Positions 61,791-64,000 of a stretch of DNA of 64,000 nt are shown piece after piece. The position numbers and the translations under genes were made by a program. The notes beneath the pieces were generated by a model, which worked only from the letters and a program-made list of their open reading frames with translations, made no database searches and was not told the origin of the DNA. Position 1 is the stretch's first letter, and the number at the start of each line of letters is the position of its first letter. The DNA is from Squalus acanthias. Its lineage: Eukaryota. Location of the stretch: assembly GCA_030390025.1 (NCBI GenBank), contig CM059431.1, positions 132,806,001 to 132,870,000 on the forward strand. Direction: 5' to 3'.

Positions 61791-61994
61791 GCTTGGCTCA
61801 GTTATAGCAATATTTTAAAATATTTAGGTTTTTTTAAATGACATCAATGTAGGTGAAGTTTTCTTTCAATAAATGACAGGTGGGACTCAACAATAAAAAT
61901 AGAAAATGTCAAATTTTAAAAATAACAGACTGTGATTTATGAAGAATTGGGTCTTTAGAAAAAAATTATAATAAGCAGGAAGTGAGGAGCTATT

Positions 61995-62726
61995 GGCCCA
62001 GGTTTTGCTGTCAAAATAGCAGTGAGTTTAAAGGTGCTCACCATTATTAATGTGTAAATTGTTCAGCAACTTGTGGCGAGCAAGAGATACCCCATGAATT
62101 TCAAATCGCCACAAATTGTGCCGATCTGCCGTTAGCCTCGCATAAACGGCAGCTCGCCCGCAACCTCCCCATGAGTTTCATGAAGTTGCTGCATTTGCAC
62201 ATGAATTGCCAATTAAACTCGCTGTAGAAAGTTAGGGCTGCTACTTAACAGTGTAATTACCTTTTTAATCAGGAGATTTATATTCCTGCAATTCCAATAA
62301 GCTTCTCTGGGCCAGAAAGGGGACAATTTATGAGTGGAATCTCATTCCTACAGGTAGTAAATTGTTGTCAGACATTTTTAAAGTTTAAAATTTTATATTT
62401 TTAAAATTTTTTCTTACTTTTCCTTTCTGTCTCTTTTTCTCTCTCTCTTAATCCAATCTTTCTTTCCCTCTCTGTACTTGATTTGGCATTGAATTCACCC
62501 ACTCTAATTCACCCTATTTCTTTCTCGGTCATTCCTCTGTTTCTTTCTCAATCCTTCAATCTCATTCATTAAGGAGATAGACTGTTGGTCCCATCATTCA
62601 CCAAGATCCCAGATGCCCTGTTGCCATTATCCTCTTGCACTTCCAGCACTACAGGGAAAAAAAACTTCAGCAGAAAGCTGAGAGAAAGTCTAACTAACGA
62701 TGCCCCGCTCCAGAAAAATCTGGACC
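61995..62726. mobile_element. Non-autonomous DNA transposon (Harbinger-type TIR)
   Basis: GGCCCAGGTTTT / AAAATCTGGACC ends and no coding remnant. TSD is unclear. Confidence 0.55.
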
Positions 62727-63754
62727 AATAACTGGAAATCATTTAGTCCTTCTGCAAAATGTTCCGAAAATGAATTTAACAGAATCAAAATGTCGCTTTC
62801 TTTTCCTTCAAGAGCCATTATTGGATACCATGAAAATCAGCTTGCAGCATTTAAACTTTGTTTTCTCTCCTTCTCTTTTGTCAGCATTACCTCTTATCAG
62901 CAAGTTCCTTTCAAGCAAATCCTGAGCAACTTTTACACGCCTGAATGCCTTCCAGAATTAACGAAGAGTCGACACCATTGTTTAATTTTTTTTAGTGTTT
63001 ATTGAGATGACAAATGTCATTGCTAGGGAACAGAAAACTTTTTTCCACTTTTGGTATCTTGAGTCAGCATCAAGCTCCTACAGGTCAGATATTGCATTAA
63101 TTGAATGCAAAGCAAGGCTCCTGCAATTCTTCTCCAGCAGTAGGCTTTCCCTCCAGTTGTAGAACAACAATCCCACTGCACCAGTCTGATATTTTAGATT
63201 TCCCACACCAATTTTATGTTAACTTGTGATGAATTGTAGCTAGCTTGGGTATCAAGGGGGTGCTTGGATTCGTACTGTACAATGTCCTTTCATTCTGGAA
63301 CTTGAACTGAATCGAGCTTGAGCTGCTAGGATGAACTTAGACAAGTCCTAAATTAAATAAGTTTGGGTATATCAACCTAGTTTCCAATGGCCAAAGATAC
63401 ATATTACAAGACTACCCAGAAATGTGTAATAATTGCCATTCACTCAGCGATCTCAAAAGGATAGCTGGTGTGGGAAAAAGAATAGTGCAGTAAGAGGTGC
63501 TCTTCTGAGGTTGACAGTAATGCACGTTGCTAGGGCCATGTACAGCTTTACTCTGCATCTAACCAATACTGCACCTAACTTGGATCGCTCAACGCTATCA
63601 CAGTGCAAAAAATGGAAAAGTATTTAATTCCCCAGTGCTGACATCATTCCTTTTGCTGAGCCAAAATAAATGACAAAACCTACAAATTAACATGCACACA
63701 ACACGGTTAGAACTACAACACAACTGCATCCAAGCAAACATCCTCTAAAAAGAG

Positions 63755-63876
63755 AAAATTGCAAATGCTGGAAATCCAACATAAATAGAGAACATGTGAG
63801 AAATACACAACAGCTCTGTCGGTGTGTACAGAGAAAAGACAATTTAAATTTCAGGTATAGACCCTTCATCAGAATT
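63755..63876 (-). mobile_element. Old Penelope terminal fragment
   Basis: Degenerate match to 57340-57465, including CTGATGA...GAAA. Confidence 0.5.
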
Positions 63877-64000
63877 CCAAATTATTATTATTTACCGAAA
63901 CCATATATTCTACTCACTAATATTTCAATCATTGTGAACTGTACACTTACACCATATTACATGTACACCCAATGCCAATTATTTTTGTTATCATAGTTGT

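Noticed and set aside
63055..63660. Possible old inverted repeat remnants
   Set aside because: The similarity is too weak to define boundaries or a family by eye.

Overview
Eukaryotic, almost entirely transposon-derived window with no convincing host exon. The repeat set (HE1-like V-SINE, DeuSINE, CR1 with esterase ORF1) points to a cartilaginous fish (shark-like). It holds five PIF/Harbinger DNA transposons. One of them (8194-12254) looks fully intact, with a 386-aa DDE transposase and a three-exon 488-aa Myb/SANT partner gene. It also contains a young full-length CsRn1-clade Gypsy element (25969-30367), three long TG...CA solo-LTR-like insertions with 4-bp target-site duplications (TSDs), many CR1 LINEs, Penelope-like elements with hammerhead ribozyme motifs, SINEs, MITEs and a Tx1-like 3' fragment. 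The most unusual item is a second LINE family ('LINE-X'). It lacks ORF1, starts with a tRNA-like A/B-box head, and has no sense-strand TTTT in its full-length copy, which suggests a protein-coding LINE transcribed by Pol III. All calls were made by eye and no searches were run.
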